DNA from: the human T2T-CHM13v2.0 reference genome, Homo sapiens
Reading direction: 5' to 3' (one strand)
Length of the DNA: 64,000 bases
Assembly: GCF_009914755.1 (NCBI RefSeq)
Contig: NC_060926.1
In this document: in pieces, positions 27,190 to 38,766 of the stretch
How positions within the stretch are numbered: position 1 is the first letter of the stretch
Layout: every line of letters starts with the position of its first letter
Made by a program: the position numbers and the translations under genes
Notes under the pieces: model-generated
What the model saw: only the letters and a program-made list of their open reading frames with translations
Told to the model about the DNA's origin: nothing
The model's database searches: none

Positions 27190-27326
27190 TAATTGTTTTA
27201 ATTAATTATTATCACAAAATGAAGTGAAAATTCTATAAAATGGAAATCACATGGGAAAACACACTTAATTGCACCATCCTAACAAACTTATCTGTATTGT
27301 ATATCTTTCAAACATGTTTCTACATC
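27190..27326 (-). mobile_element. Old L1ME 3' fragment, left part of the target element
   Basis: ttaattgcaccatcc..tgtatatctttcaaacatgtttcta resembles antisense L1ME 3' sequence; appears to continue after 31308. Confidence 0.55.
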
Positions 27327-27367
27327 ACTATACATTTTGTTTTTGTTTTTTTCATGTTTAAACCATC

Positions 27368-27373
27368 TTTATT
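27368..27373 (-). promoter_or_regulatory. Polyadenylation signal AATAAA of the CTAGE transcript
   Basis: Plus-strand TTTATT lies 15 nt from the poly(T) tract ending at 27352. Confidence 0.85.
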
Positions 27374-27593
27374 TACAAAATACTGTCCTGAGAACTGTAA
27401 TTCCATTAAACTTCAATTTGAGAAAAGTGTAATCACTTAAGTAACAGCAGTTACTTAAACTGAAAATGAGATCAGTCAAAGTTGCTTTTGAAGAAAGCAA
27501 AAATATTGTCAGATTTCTTGCTGTGGTTCTGGATGTTCAGTAGCAGGCTCCTTTGAAGGTGGAATCAACCCTCAAGGGAACTTGCTTCTACCT

Positions 27594-29919
27594 TCAGAAT
27601 GTGGGGTTGGGGTAAAATCCAGGTCTTGGATGAAAGTAAGGAGGTAAACCCCTCTGTGGATAGATGTTTCTCATTGCAAATGGAGCATGTGGTGGACCTG
27701 GGAAATCCCTTGATAGAAAATAACCTCGTGAAGCTCCAAACATGGTTCCTGGAGGAGGTTGGGGGAAAGGAGGTCCTCTTCTCGTGAACAGGCCCCTTGT
27801 ATCCACTGGAAACAATGGACCACTGATTGCAGCAAGAGGTGGAGGAATAAAGCCGGGGCCAGTTGCTTCATTTTCGGCAGGGAGAGATGAATCAGGCACA
27901 TTTAAATGACCAGGATCATCTTTGGCATCATTTCTAGTGGATTCCATTTCTGAAGGCATTGACCCATCCATTTTATCCAAACAAGGCATATTAAAACTTC
28001 TGAGTTCTGCTGGTCCAGACAGTCTATCAGAATTAGAATAAAATCTGTCTTCCCTTTGTGGAGGAAGAGCTGAATCAGGATATGATTGTCCTGGTGGAGG
28101 AAACATCATCCTACGGTCCTGTTCCCATGGAGATGAGAGGGACCCAGTGTCAGAAGGAGCCCTGTGAGCATCAGTTGACCTATCACAGCTTGGTTCTCCT
28201 CTTTTATTGGTAATCTGATGGTCCAGAGGATTCCCTGGGCTGCTTGGGCTTCCTCCTCCCCCTGGAAGCACAGGTGAGAGTCTGAGTGGATCCTCCAACA
28301 AAGTTTGAGGAGAGAGAAAAGCTCTCGTTTCAGATGAAGGCTGACCCAACGGTGAGGGACCATATGGCGAACGCTCTCTGCCAAATGTTGTATTTGAAAC
28401 ATCAAGTGCATTAGGATCTTTTTCTAAAAGTTCAGATTTAAACTCTGTTTCAGTTAATTTTTGTTTGTTGTGAGCATTTTCTTTCCTTAAATCATTGAGG
28501 TTTCTTTCAGCAGTCCGAGCTGCCAACCAATTATTATGTCCTTTTTTCTCGTAGGAAATAACCTGCTTTTGATAAAAATGAACAGTTCTCTCCAATTCTT
28601 CTTCAAGATCTTTGGCTAGCTTTCTATAGGTCTCCAGCTCTTCAGTGACATGGCTGATCTTTTCTTCCACTTTAGAAAGCTTCTCTTATTCCTCTATCTG
28701 GTAATTTTCTTCTATTGTCAATTTCCTGTGGAGTGTCATTTCATTTTCTTGATATAGTTCAGTCATTATTTTAAGTTTCTGTTGAAGCTTCTGATTCTCA
28801 CTTTCAAAATATATGTTTTCTGACTGCAAAGATGCTTGTTGAGTCTGAAGATTTTTAATATGCTCGGTAAGCTCTTCCTTTGTTTTGTCCACTTCAGATA
28901 ACTGAATAATAATGTGGTTTCTTTCTCCTTCTAAGGCTTTTAAAGAAACATTTAAGTTAGCAGCATGAATCAGTTTCTTCAAAGCTCCTTTGGGAGGATC
29001 ATCTAAGTAAGCACCATTTTCCGATTGACTGTTCACTTCTAATTCCAAGTTATCATCATCCGTTGTGTCTTCTTCAAGCACAGCAGCCTGATCTTTCATC
29101 ATTGGCAAGTGTCCAGTCAGGGTCTTGATGTGATTTTCTTTATCATTCAGAACTTGTTCTGCTTATACTTTGGAGTCTTCAAATGTTATTTTCTGTTTAT
29201 TAAGTTCAGTCACTTGTTCTTTCCATACTTCAGCTTCTCGCAAAAGCTGTTTCTGGCTTTCCTGAAGTTGAGAATTTTCACTCAAAGCATCTTTTATTGC
29301 TATCGCCCGTCGTTCTTCAGTCATTGGAAGAATCTTGCAGATGATTTTGGCTTCAGCTATTTGTGATTTGAGGGATTTTGACTCATCTTCTAGAGATTGT
29401 ATCCTTTTTGAAATATCTGCCATCAGTTCATCTTGTTGAGAGTGTTTAGATTTCTCTTCTTTTAACTCTATTTCTAGACAGAGGATTTCATCCTCAAGTT
29501 CAGAATTGGACCTGTTCAGCTTTTCACAGGTTGCCTCCAAACTTCGTGCTTCTGCTGCCGCCTTCTCAAAGCTGGCATCCTCTAAAGATGACTGTACTTC
29601 ATAGCCTTCATACTCTTTTGGAATAAGGCTAAATTTTTCAAGTAGTTTACATTTTTCTTCAATTAGTCCAGAAAGCATTTCACCAAGTTTTTTTCTCTCT
29701 TCCCACATAAAGCCGACTCCTAACCGATCTAAAACTTCTCCACAAAAAAAGGAGAACAACAAAAAATCCAACAACAGCTGCACATACCACCAGTTCGCAT
29801 GGAAAACCATAAGGATTCGAATCTTGTCTCATACTCTCAGGTAGTGCTGCCACAATTCTGCGTAGCTCCTCCAGGACCAGCCCCAAGTAGGGCCGAGCGG
29901 TAGCGCCGGGCTCCTCCAT
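27594..29919 (-). pseudogene. Disrupted CTAGE CDS (~774 codons when repaired)
   Basis: ATG at 29919; +1 A in the A7 run at 29694-29688 (GREKK/TW*); in-frame TAA at 29165-29163 (EDSKV*AEQVL) and at 28688-28686 (IEE*EKLSKV); stop at 27596-27594. Confidence 0.93.
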
Positions 29920-30180
29920 AGCGCCAAGCTGCTCTGGCGGTCACCGCAGTTAACACTGGCCACAACAAGCGGTGGAGAACACGCAGCCTTGGGTCTGGAA
30001 CCCGAATCCGCACGCGGCAACCAACCGGAGCGGACTACTGCGGAGCCGGCTGCGGAGGGAGCTGGGGAATGCGGGCACCCCCCACAGGCCTCACAGGCCC
30101 GTGCTGCCCCCCGCACCCTCCCTCGGCCCCCCTGTTACACTTTACATCCTGAGGCAGCGCTGGTCCGAGCCCGACCCGCC
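29880..30180 (-). promoter_or_regulatory. CpG/GC-rich 5' UTR segment of the CTAGE copy (small CpG-island-like patch)
   Basis: Many retained CpGs and C-runs (G-runs on the minus strand) in otherwise AT-rich DNA. Confidence 0.6.
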
Positions 30181-30920
30181 TTAGTTCTGGCAGTTTTCAC
30201 ATCACATATTTTGAAGCTCTATTTTTTGGTGAATACACTTTTAAAATTGCTGTCTTCTTCATGGATTAAACCTTTGATCATTATATAATCTCTCTGTTTC
30301 TGGTAATTTTCTTTGCTTTATCTGATATACGTACAGGCACTGTTGCTTTCCTTTCATTAATGTTTGTGTAATATATCTTTTTTCATCCTTTTAATTTGGC
30401 CTGCCCTGTATTGGTAAATTTCAAGTGAGTTTCTTGTACACAGCACACAAGAAACATATAAGAAAGGGTCATAGTTTTAAATACACTCTTCTATTATCTG
30501 TCTCTTGGTAGATCATTCATAATTAAACTAATTGTTGATACTTTAGTGCATAAGCCTGACATTTTTTGTTTTCTGTATCAATTCTTGTTTCTCTGCTTAT
30601 TTTTGATGACTTCCTGTGGGTCACTTGAACATTTCTTTTAGAATTCCATTTTGTTATTCATAGTGTTTATAGTGTATCTTCTTTTTTATAGTTTTTTTGG
30701 TTGCATTTTATAGCTTAGTGTATATTCCTTTATATATACATTATCACAGTCAATTGGTATCATCTTTAGTCCAGTCTGAGTGAAGTGTAGCAACCCTCTG
30801 TCATATTATGTCTCTTTACCCTCTCAAATTTGTAGTATAATTGTCTTACATACATTTAGAATAACACTAGACAATGCTGTGATTTTTGCTTGAAACATCA
30901 ATCATAATTTAGGAAATTAG
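30181..30920 (-). mobile_element. Old L1M fragment (inter-ORF and ORF2 endonuclease region) directly abutting the CTAGE 5' end
   Basis: Minus strand reads atcaaaggtttaatccatgaagaagacagcaattttaaaagtgtattcacc..agagcttcaaaatatgtgatgtgaaaactgccagaactaa, which is L1 EN-like. Confidence 0.8.
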
Positions 30921-30985
30921 AATCTGTGAAAATAAAGTGAGCATTTTAGAGCTGCCAGAAAGAAATCTGACACAACCTGTTTTGT

Positions 30986-31120
30986 CTTTCATTTTTTCTT
31001 TCTTTCCTTTATATTGATCATAGATATCATGATGCCCTATCTATTTTTTCTTTCTTTCTTTCCTTTCATTTTTCTTTCTTTCCTTTATATTATCATAGAT
31101 ATTATGATGCCCTATCTATT
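30986..31120. repeat. ~60 bp direct duplication
   Basis: ctttcattttt(t)ctttctttcctttatatt(g)atcatagatat(c/t)atgatgccctatctatt at 30986-31045 and 31063-31120. Confidence 0.9.
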
Positions 31121-31147
31121 AACTCCAATATCTGGATTATCTATGAG

Positions 31148-31293
31148 TTTTTTTTTTATACTTTTAAGTTTTAGGGTACATGTGCGCAATGTGCAGGTTT
31201 GTTACATATGTATACATGTGCCATGTTGGTGTGCGGCACCCATTAACTCGTCATTTAGCATTAGGTATATCTCCTAATGCTATCCCTCCCCCT
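31148..31293 (-). mobile_element. 5'-truncated L1PA 3' end (L1PA4-like) with short poly(A)
   Basis: tatacttttaagttttagggtacatgtg..gcaggtttgttacatatgtatacatgtgccatgttggtg..cattaactcgtcatttagcattaggtatatctcctaatgctatccctccccc. Confidence 0.95.
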
Positions 31294-31307
31294 ACTATAC
31301 ATGTTTT

Positions 31308-31880
31308 ATACAGTGATAGTCATGTTGTTATACATAGTTTTTTTTTAACTTTTCAACTTACTTATTAAAAGTACTTTCCTTTGTCGCCACACCTGTCCTC
31401 ATAATTGTCATCTTTTTTTGGTTGCAACATAATATTCTACTTAACGTAATTTAATTAGTTTATTCACTATTATTTGACATTAAGTTATGATATTAGAAAA
31501 ACATATCTTTACAGATAAGATTTATTCCTCCTCCTTTGGTTTCTTTATTTAGGATAAGTTTATAAATGTGGGATTATGAGATCTATGCTTCTGAACATTT
31601 TTACAACTGTTAATATATGATGCCAATTTATTTGGCAAAGGCAAGATAATTAATTCTTTTTCCAGCCATACATGAAGTTTCCAGATTCACCTCAATATTG
31701 TCAGCAAAGGAATGTCTATCCGTCTGTCTCTATGCAATTTAATAGGTTAAAAAATGCAATTTTCTTCATGCTTTCATTTTTACTTGTTTACTAGTGAAAT
31801 CATTTTAACATGTTAAGGAATAATTATATTTCTTCCTTTTGTATGATCTGTTACAGTTTTTTAAATGTGTTTGTCCAGTT
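31308..31880 (-). mobile_element. Old L1ME 3' fragment, right part of the target element
   Basis: ttttttggttgcaacataatattc..tttgacattaagtt..aaatgtgggattatgag..gcaatttaataggttaaaaaatg, antisense L1ME-like. Confidence 0.6.
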
Positions 31881-32324
31881 AGGGGGAGGTCTTTTCATCA
31901 GAAAACTCAGGTTGATGAAGGCAGAAATGCAGAGCATTTTGATTTGTTTGGATTATAGAGTACACAAGAGGGGAGAACAGAAAAACAAGCATGAATCAAA
32001 CTGTGACCAAATTACAGAAGGTCAGGAAAGGAAGAGCAACTTTCTCAGCAAGAATTAAGATTCTCTTCTTGCAAGAGTTGTGTTAAATGTGGATTAACGG
32101 TTATTAAACAGGATTTATCCAAATTGGTTCATAAACAAAAAAAAAAATCCCCAATTTCAAACCTCTCTTATGATTCATGAAACAATCAAATATCATCTTT
32201 GTTCTGCAGGGCAAAGACATGATATAAATATGTTAGTGTCATTCTGCATATGACGAATGTATTCTTAATAAATATTGCTTTTGAGTGTCAATATTAGTTT
32301 TTGCAATCACTAAGTTTTAAGTGT

Positions 32325-32812
32325 AGAATAGTGGAGGGGAGAAAAGCAATATTTTTCCTCACCAGTTGCTAGGTTCATGGCTGAGACTCCTATAAAAAAG
32401 ATAGTTTAACAAGATACAAGTCTATTTAATAAATTTTAAATTATTTCATACAAATGTATTTATTATGTTTTATGTGACACAAGGCCTTCAAAATTGAAGA
32501 CCCAAGAAACAGGAAAACTGTGTGTTTTTATAAAGAGTTGCGCAGAAGTGTGATGGGAGGACAAAAGGGCATGATCTAATGGTCATCAACTGGGTCAGGG
32601 GAGATTTAGCAAGGCCTGTTTGTTTAGATAGGGTAGGACACCTGTCACATGAGGGTGTTCAGGGGAGAAAGGAGGGAGAAGGTCAGAAAATGACCTTTCT
32701 AATAAGTTTTATGGCCTGCTTCAGGGGAGGACAACAGAGAACTTCCTGTTTCTGCTGTTTTCTCAAATGCCAAGGTGCCTTATTTTGGGGTAGCATATCT
32801 GGAATGCTGTTA
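32325..32812 (-). mobile_element. ERV1-class solo LTR (MER67/MER31-like)
   Basis: aatatttttcctcacc..atggctgagactcctat..tgccttattttggggtagcatatctg. Confidence 0.6.
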
Positions 32813-33501
32813 ATAGGTAGATAGGAATTCTAGCGTACAATTTAACAATATACACTTCAGTAGGAAAGATGTTTGATTCATGCAACATCATCTCAGTGAT
32901 AGATTTATTATCAATACACAAATTAATCTAAAAAATAGCATTAGTTATTATAGCAGTCAAGGTCAAGTAAAATAGTGGCATATTCAGCTTGACTACCAAA
33001 GCACACTAGCATTTCTATTTAGAGAGTTTGAAATTATCCCAAGCTTCATGACTATAATTTTCTTTGAGTTTACTCATTTTCTATGTTTTTGTGTCAGATA
33101 TGTGTTCATGTATGTGCATTGATTTTTGAGATGCTTTTAAATGATATGTAAATACCTTTTTAGTTATGAATTTTGCAAATAATATAATGCTTGACGTACA
33201 GGCAGATTCCGCGAATGTGTGCTTGATATGCTACAAGAGTAATAATAAATACTAAATGATTGTAAGTGCTCTTTTTGCACTAAAGTTTACCTAATATAAT
33301 TTAACACAAGCTTATCAAATTTATAGACAATAGAATTTCATGTCTGTGATTGCCATCTGTTATAATAGAATCCTAGTCCCAACTTTATACCTGCAGAGGA
33401 AAAGCTTGTTGGTCACTAGATACAACTGCTTTGTTTGAGAGGCTTGATTCTTTGTTTATCAGAGCAGTAGATAACAAAGGTGATAGATAAGAAAGTGCAG
33501 G

Positions 33502-33901
<400 letters not shown>

Positions 33902-34814
33902 CTAGTGTGTGGTTTCCTTTACATCATATGTTGTGATTAAAATGTTATATATATATTTTTTACATAAAGGGCTTTCTCAGTAATGCAACTCTAGAGATAA
34001 AGCAGGATTGAACATTTTGATAAAAACAGTACTTGTTTTATATCAACATTTTCTACGTAGGAATTGGCTTTTATATGGTGAAATTGATTTTTGTTTATTT
34101 AGTTTTGTGGTTTGATGCTGTCTACTAATTTAATCACTTATTTGGTCTTTGCTGGTAGAGGGGATATTATGATGACACTAGCTAAAACATCTGGGGGGAA
34201 GTTAAAACATTCCATTATCTGTCTGCTTCACCTACAGCATGGCAAACATCTGGACACTGGAAATTGTTCCCAGTTTTTGTATTCAGATGATTACAAATGG
34301 TGCCAAACTCAGTCACTGTCAATAAACACCACTTGCATTAAAGTAACACGGTCACACAACTTGCAAGATCCATGAAGAGGATCTCATTTGGGGAGTTCAA
34401 CAAAAAGAAGGTTTTTACACAGCTGCATAGTCACCAAAGAAGAATCCCAGGGACAGGACATGTGACAACCTCATTTATTCATTCGTTCATCTACTCAGTG
34501 TCATTCAATACATATATGCCAATGCTGTTGAAAGAAGACTATGGTTTTGGAAATGGTGCATTGGAGTGTGGTGTTGTTTAAATGTCCTCCAAGAGAAAAT
34601 ACCCCTGCTACACATTGATGCTCTTTGTAACCATTCTTGAAATTTTGGTTTGGTTAATTGTTTACTGAGGATATTACATGGGGCTTTCTGACTGGCATGT
34701 TTCTGCCTTTTGAACACTGAGAGTGTAATATTCTCAAGTTTCCCCTAGAGAAGAGGTACAAAAGATGCATTGGGAATCTCACATGAGCCATCCTATGAAA
34801 TCAACTTTCTCTTG

Positions 34815-34965
34815 TATGTTGTTGTTATTGTTATTGTTATTGTTCAGCATTCTTTCTTCATCTCCCTCCTTCTTTCTCTCTCCCTCTCTCCCCCATCTCT
34901 CTCTCTATATCTCCATCTTTCTCTCTCTTCTCTCTCTCTCACTCTTTCTCTTCTCTCTCTCATCT
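34815..34965. repeat. (TTG/TTA)n followed by CT-rich low-complexity tract
   Basis: gttgttgttattgttattg then tctctc runs. Confidence 0.85.
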
Positions 34966-37369
34966 CAGCCAGAAAATGCTGTGCAGGTGTTATTCGTCAT
35001 TGAAAATACACTCCGTTACAGACAATTTAGTTTATGTGCTAAAGCAAATACACAGTTACAGATAATTTATTTAATGCAACCAGGAAATGCTGGTATCTGA
35101 TCAGAGCTTCTGTTTGGACAACATGAAAGAATTTAGCAGGTTTATATGCAGTTAAAGCTGAGGAAAGGGAAACCATTTGTGAGCAATTGAAGCAGTGCAG
35201 AAAAGGGAGAGTTGGTAGATCTCACTGTATTGCCTTTGATTATTCCCTGTTGTAAAAATTCCTCTTTGTGGACAGAGGCAGAAACAGAAAATAGCCATAT
35301 AAGTTAGATTTTTTTTTCCCATCAGAAAATGCCAGATGTATCTTAAGAGAGGTATAACAGTGTTGTGTTTTCTTTCTGGATGCACTGCCTATGGGAACAA
35401 GAACACAGACACCAGCTAGAAATTGATAGAACAAGAATCAGACCTCAAAATAGAGAAAGGAGGAGAAAACTGGGGAAAGCTGTGCAAAGCGCCAGGGCAC
35501 AAAGCCAGTGTTTCAAAACAAGAAACATCCAACTCAGAAAAGAAGAAGAAATCAATGTAGAATCTTGGGGACCTGACTGTGGCTGACACATCCCAAGGAG
35601 AGCTACCTAGGGCTCTGAGCGTACCCTGGCCATCAGGCAGCAATGGCTCTGAATCTGGGGAGGGCTGGTCCTGTAGGCAAATGAAATTCCGGCCAGGTAG
35701 TAAACTAGAGGTTGAGAGCAGTCAGGGACTGGCATTTGCCACTTCAGTGGCACTATTTTCTTTTCATTTTTCTGAACTCTTGGAGGGTTCAATTATTTGT
35801 CTCTAATGATAAATATTCTGTAATGATGAATCCAGTGTTTTTCATTTATTTTTATTGTTTCTTCAAATTATCACCCTTGGCTGTAGTATTCTCTCCAAAT
35901 TGCTTTTGTTGAAGAAATTTATTCTGTGTAAAGAGGATAAAGGAGTCAACTAATTAGTCTTCTCAAATGTTAATTCTAGTACCAGTACTCGTTTACTTGG
36001 AATCTTTGTATAATGATCATAGGCTTTGAGGTAGGCTATAGTATAAATGCACTGTAATGTAAGTATAAATTCCATTTGTAGTTGAGAATTCTCTGCACAG
36101 ATACTCCGAAGATAATGAATCTATGTAATACTTTACGGACTGAATACTTTTTTCTCCTTTTGACATAACAGTGAATTACAAATTATATAAACAATTGACT
36201 GCTCTTCTCAAGCAAAGTCAAGAGGCTGCAATTACCCCAAGAGAAAGACTTTAGTGTCTTTGACCTGACATTGACCACAGTTTTCAACTTTCCAAATGTA
36301 CTGAATAAGTAGAGAATATCAGATATTCAGAAATCTTCGTTCCTTTTGATTAGCTTTTAATTAACTTTCTATGTCCTTTAATGAAGATTCAAGTTTTTTT
36401 ATAATCATACAGAGTTCATGACTCCTGCGTATCCTTAATACCACTGAAGCCAGAATTTTACATAATAATTGGTTACTTAAAATGCAATAGCATGGTAGAC
36501 AAACCATAAGCTGATGGCTTTGAATTAGCGTGGTCTTTGATAAGAGCTTTATTCCACTGCCCTGGGAATCATATGCTTTAGGAAAGATTTGTTTAGAATT
36601 GGACAAAAATCAGAAGTAGTAAAAGCTCAAATTCCTAAATCAAGTGACATGAATTTTAGTGAACCGGGGACATAAAACTGAATTGGCCCCAAAATTATTT
36701 CTTCCTTTGGCTTCTATCTCTACTCCACTGTCACCACCTCCAAGGTAACCCAGAAAAAAAGTGTAAAGGAAAAGAGAAAGTTCAATGATAGATGAGTCCA
36801 AAATTATTTTATTGAAAGGTCTAAATTCCTTACAGGTAAAAATTCTACTCTTTCCTGAAATACTATAATTTTCTGTGAAGATAGTCTCAAAGTTTTCTGT
36901 AAAATACCACTTAATATCACTTAACTAGTGTCAGCAGTCACTATTTTGGGTTGATCTTTTCTAAGGTTGTGATGAATTTCACTGTAGAACTTCATAGCAA
37001 ATATAGTTTATAGGACAAACAAAAAGAAATAAAGCACAGCAGGTGACGTGTTTAAACTACCTGAGAGAACAGACTCTACTTAAGAAACCTACTCTGTTTA
37101 TGGCTTACATTGGAATGAATGTTAGAACTGGTGATTATTGATGCAGTCTTCTCATTTAGTAGATGTAAAAACTAAAGAGGAGTGAAACTACAGGACTTAA
37201 TGAAAATTTCAAAGCAGAAGTTTTGCTTTCATTAAAATAAGCCCAACAATAGATGTATTTTAAAATGCTGTTATTTATTAACCAGAAATTTGACATATAC
37301 TTCAAAATATTAAGATTTAATTCATTTAAATATTTTATTTGAACATATTACCATTCTCAATTTATTTTC

Positions 37370-37680
37370 TTTCTTTCCTTTTTTTTTTGTTTTTTTGAGA
37401 CAAAGTCTCACTCTGTTGCCCCCAGGCTAAAGTGCAGTGGTGTGATCTCAACTCACTGCAACATCTGCCTCCTGTGTTCAAGCAATTCTCCTGTCTTAGC
37501 CCCTCGAGTAACTGGGACTACAGGTGCATGCCACCACACCCAGCTAATTTTTGTATTTTTAGTAGAGACAGGGTTTCACCATACTGGTCAGGCTGGTCTC
37601 GAACTCCTGACCTCAGGTGACCCACTCACCTCTGCCTCCCAAATTGCTGGGATTACAGGCTTAAGCCACCGTGCCTGACC
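37370..37680 (-). mobile_element. AluS (Sx/Sz-like)
   Basis: Antisense Alu; TSD CCA(T/C)T(C/G)TCAATTTATTTTC at 37351 and 37681. Confidence 0.95.
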
Positions 37681-38329
37681 CCACTGTCAATTTATTTTCA
37701 TATATTTAGTTTGAACTTCATCTCATTAGCCTAGTTTGCTGAGATTGGCCTATAGTCATAAGTCTTTTTGCTCTGAATATAAAGCTTAACAGTATTGTTT
37801 ACTGTTTCCTATAAATTACACTCTAGTGAAATATTGAGTGACAGTTTTTACATTTGATACATCTAAGTGATGAAGATTCAACCAGTTACCTAGAGATAAC
37901 ATTTCAAAATGGAATATTTGGCACCAACATCAATAGAGACATTCTCCTTGCATTTATGTTAAATTTGTCTTCAGTCAATTCAACCATGCCTGGTTGTGCA
38001 ACACTCTCTTTGATTCTTGGTTTACTCCAGAGGCTGAAATGTAAGTGAATATTGTAATGCCCATCAATATTATCTACAAGGCTTATTCCAAAGCTTAAAT
38101 CCAGTCCACAGTGGAGGGACTCAGAGTCCTACAGGGGAAACCTCACATGCCTGATGAGCCAGCCCCACATCAAAACAAGTAAATAATCTAAACACCCCAA
38201 GGGCAGCGCTAGTATTTCCCAGACAACTTAACATCTACAAACTCGGAAACCAAACGTATTTGTTCACCTTTAAGCTATTATTAAAGGACTGGTTACTTAT
38301 TCAGAAGAACTTGAATTCTTATGCCTCTA

Positions 38330-38766
38330 TAGTAGTTTTGTCAAACTTTTTGATCTCTGACCCTTTACTCTCTTAGAAATTATTGAAGACCCAAAAGAGC
38401 TTTTTACTATATGGGTTATATTTATCAACATTTACCATGTTATAATTTAAAGCTGATAATGTTAACATCTTTTATTGAATTTTAAAGAAGCAATACATTC
38501 ATTATATATTAGAAATAAATCATATCTTTTTAAGAAAAAAGAGAATTATACTTTACAAATCAGCGAGAAGATGACAGTGGCTGGCCCAAAGGAAAACAGC
38601 TGGTTTCTCATATCTGCTTTTGCAATCAATGTGCCATGATCTGTTATTTTAGTTGGAGTATAAGAAAAAAATTCAGGCTTCATGGAGATACGCAGTTGCA
38701 AAAGGACCTCCTCAAATAGTATCAGAGACCTACAGGTGTCCAGGGACCACACTTTGAGAATCACAG
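38330..38766. mobile_element. hAT-Charlie-type non-autonomous DNA transposon
   Basis: Degenerate TIRs (tagtagttttgtcaaa..tttgagaatcacag) and internal ccctttactctcttagaaattattgaagacccaaaagagcttt. Confidence 0.7.

Larger units (their letters stand above)
27335..30180 (-). pseudogene. CTAGE-family processed pseudogene (single-exon copy derived from cTAGE5/MIA2; closest in character to the CTAGE4/6/9/15 type; exact paralogue not determined)
   Basis: ORF pieces [19 protein letters not shown].. (TM segment), coiled-coil [26 protein letters not shown].., and Pro-rich ..[11 protein letters not shown]; no introns; AATAAA on the minus strand at 27373-27368; poly(A) at 27352-27335; GC-rich 5' UTR up to 30180. 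Confidence 0.97.

Noticed and set aside
27594-28670. 358 aa ORF as an intact gene
   Set aside because: It starts at GTG just after a nonsense codon and is the 3' portion of the disrupted CTAGE CDS
27335-30180. Assigning a specific paralogue symbol (for example CTAGE11P, 12P or 14P)
   Set aside because: Paralogues are very similar and no flanking gene in the window anchors the locus; this needs genome alignment
30193-30213. ACATCACATATTTT next to the CTAGE 5' end resembles ACATCACTATACATTTT at 27322, a possible TSD for a simple processed pseudogene
   Set aside because: The match needs gaps, lies more than 12 bp from the mRNA 5' end, and is part of continuous L1 endonuclease-like sequence. 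The ACTATACAT pair at 27327/31294 abuts both junctions and restores the target element.
34112-34375. FLYSDD..KWCQ motif resembling a reverse-transcriptase YxDD
   Set aside because: Spacing to downstream RT motifs is wrong and no other RT motifs are visible
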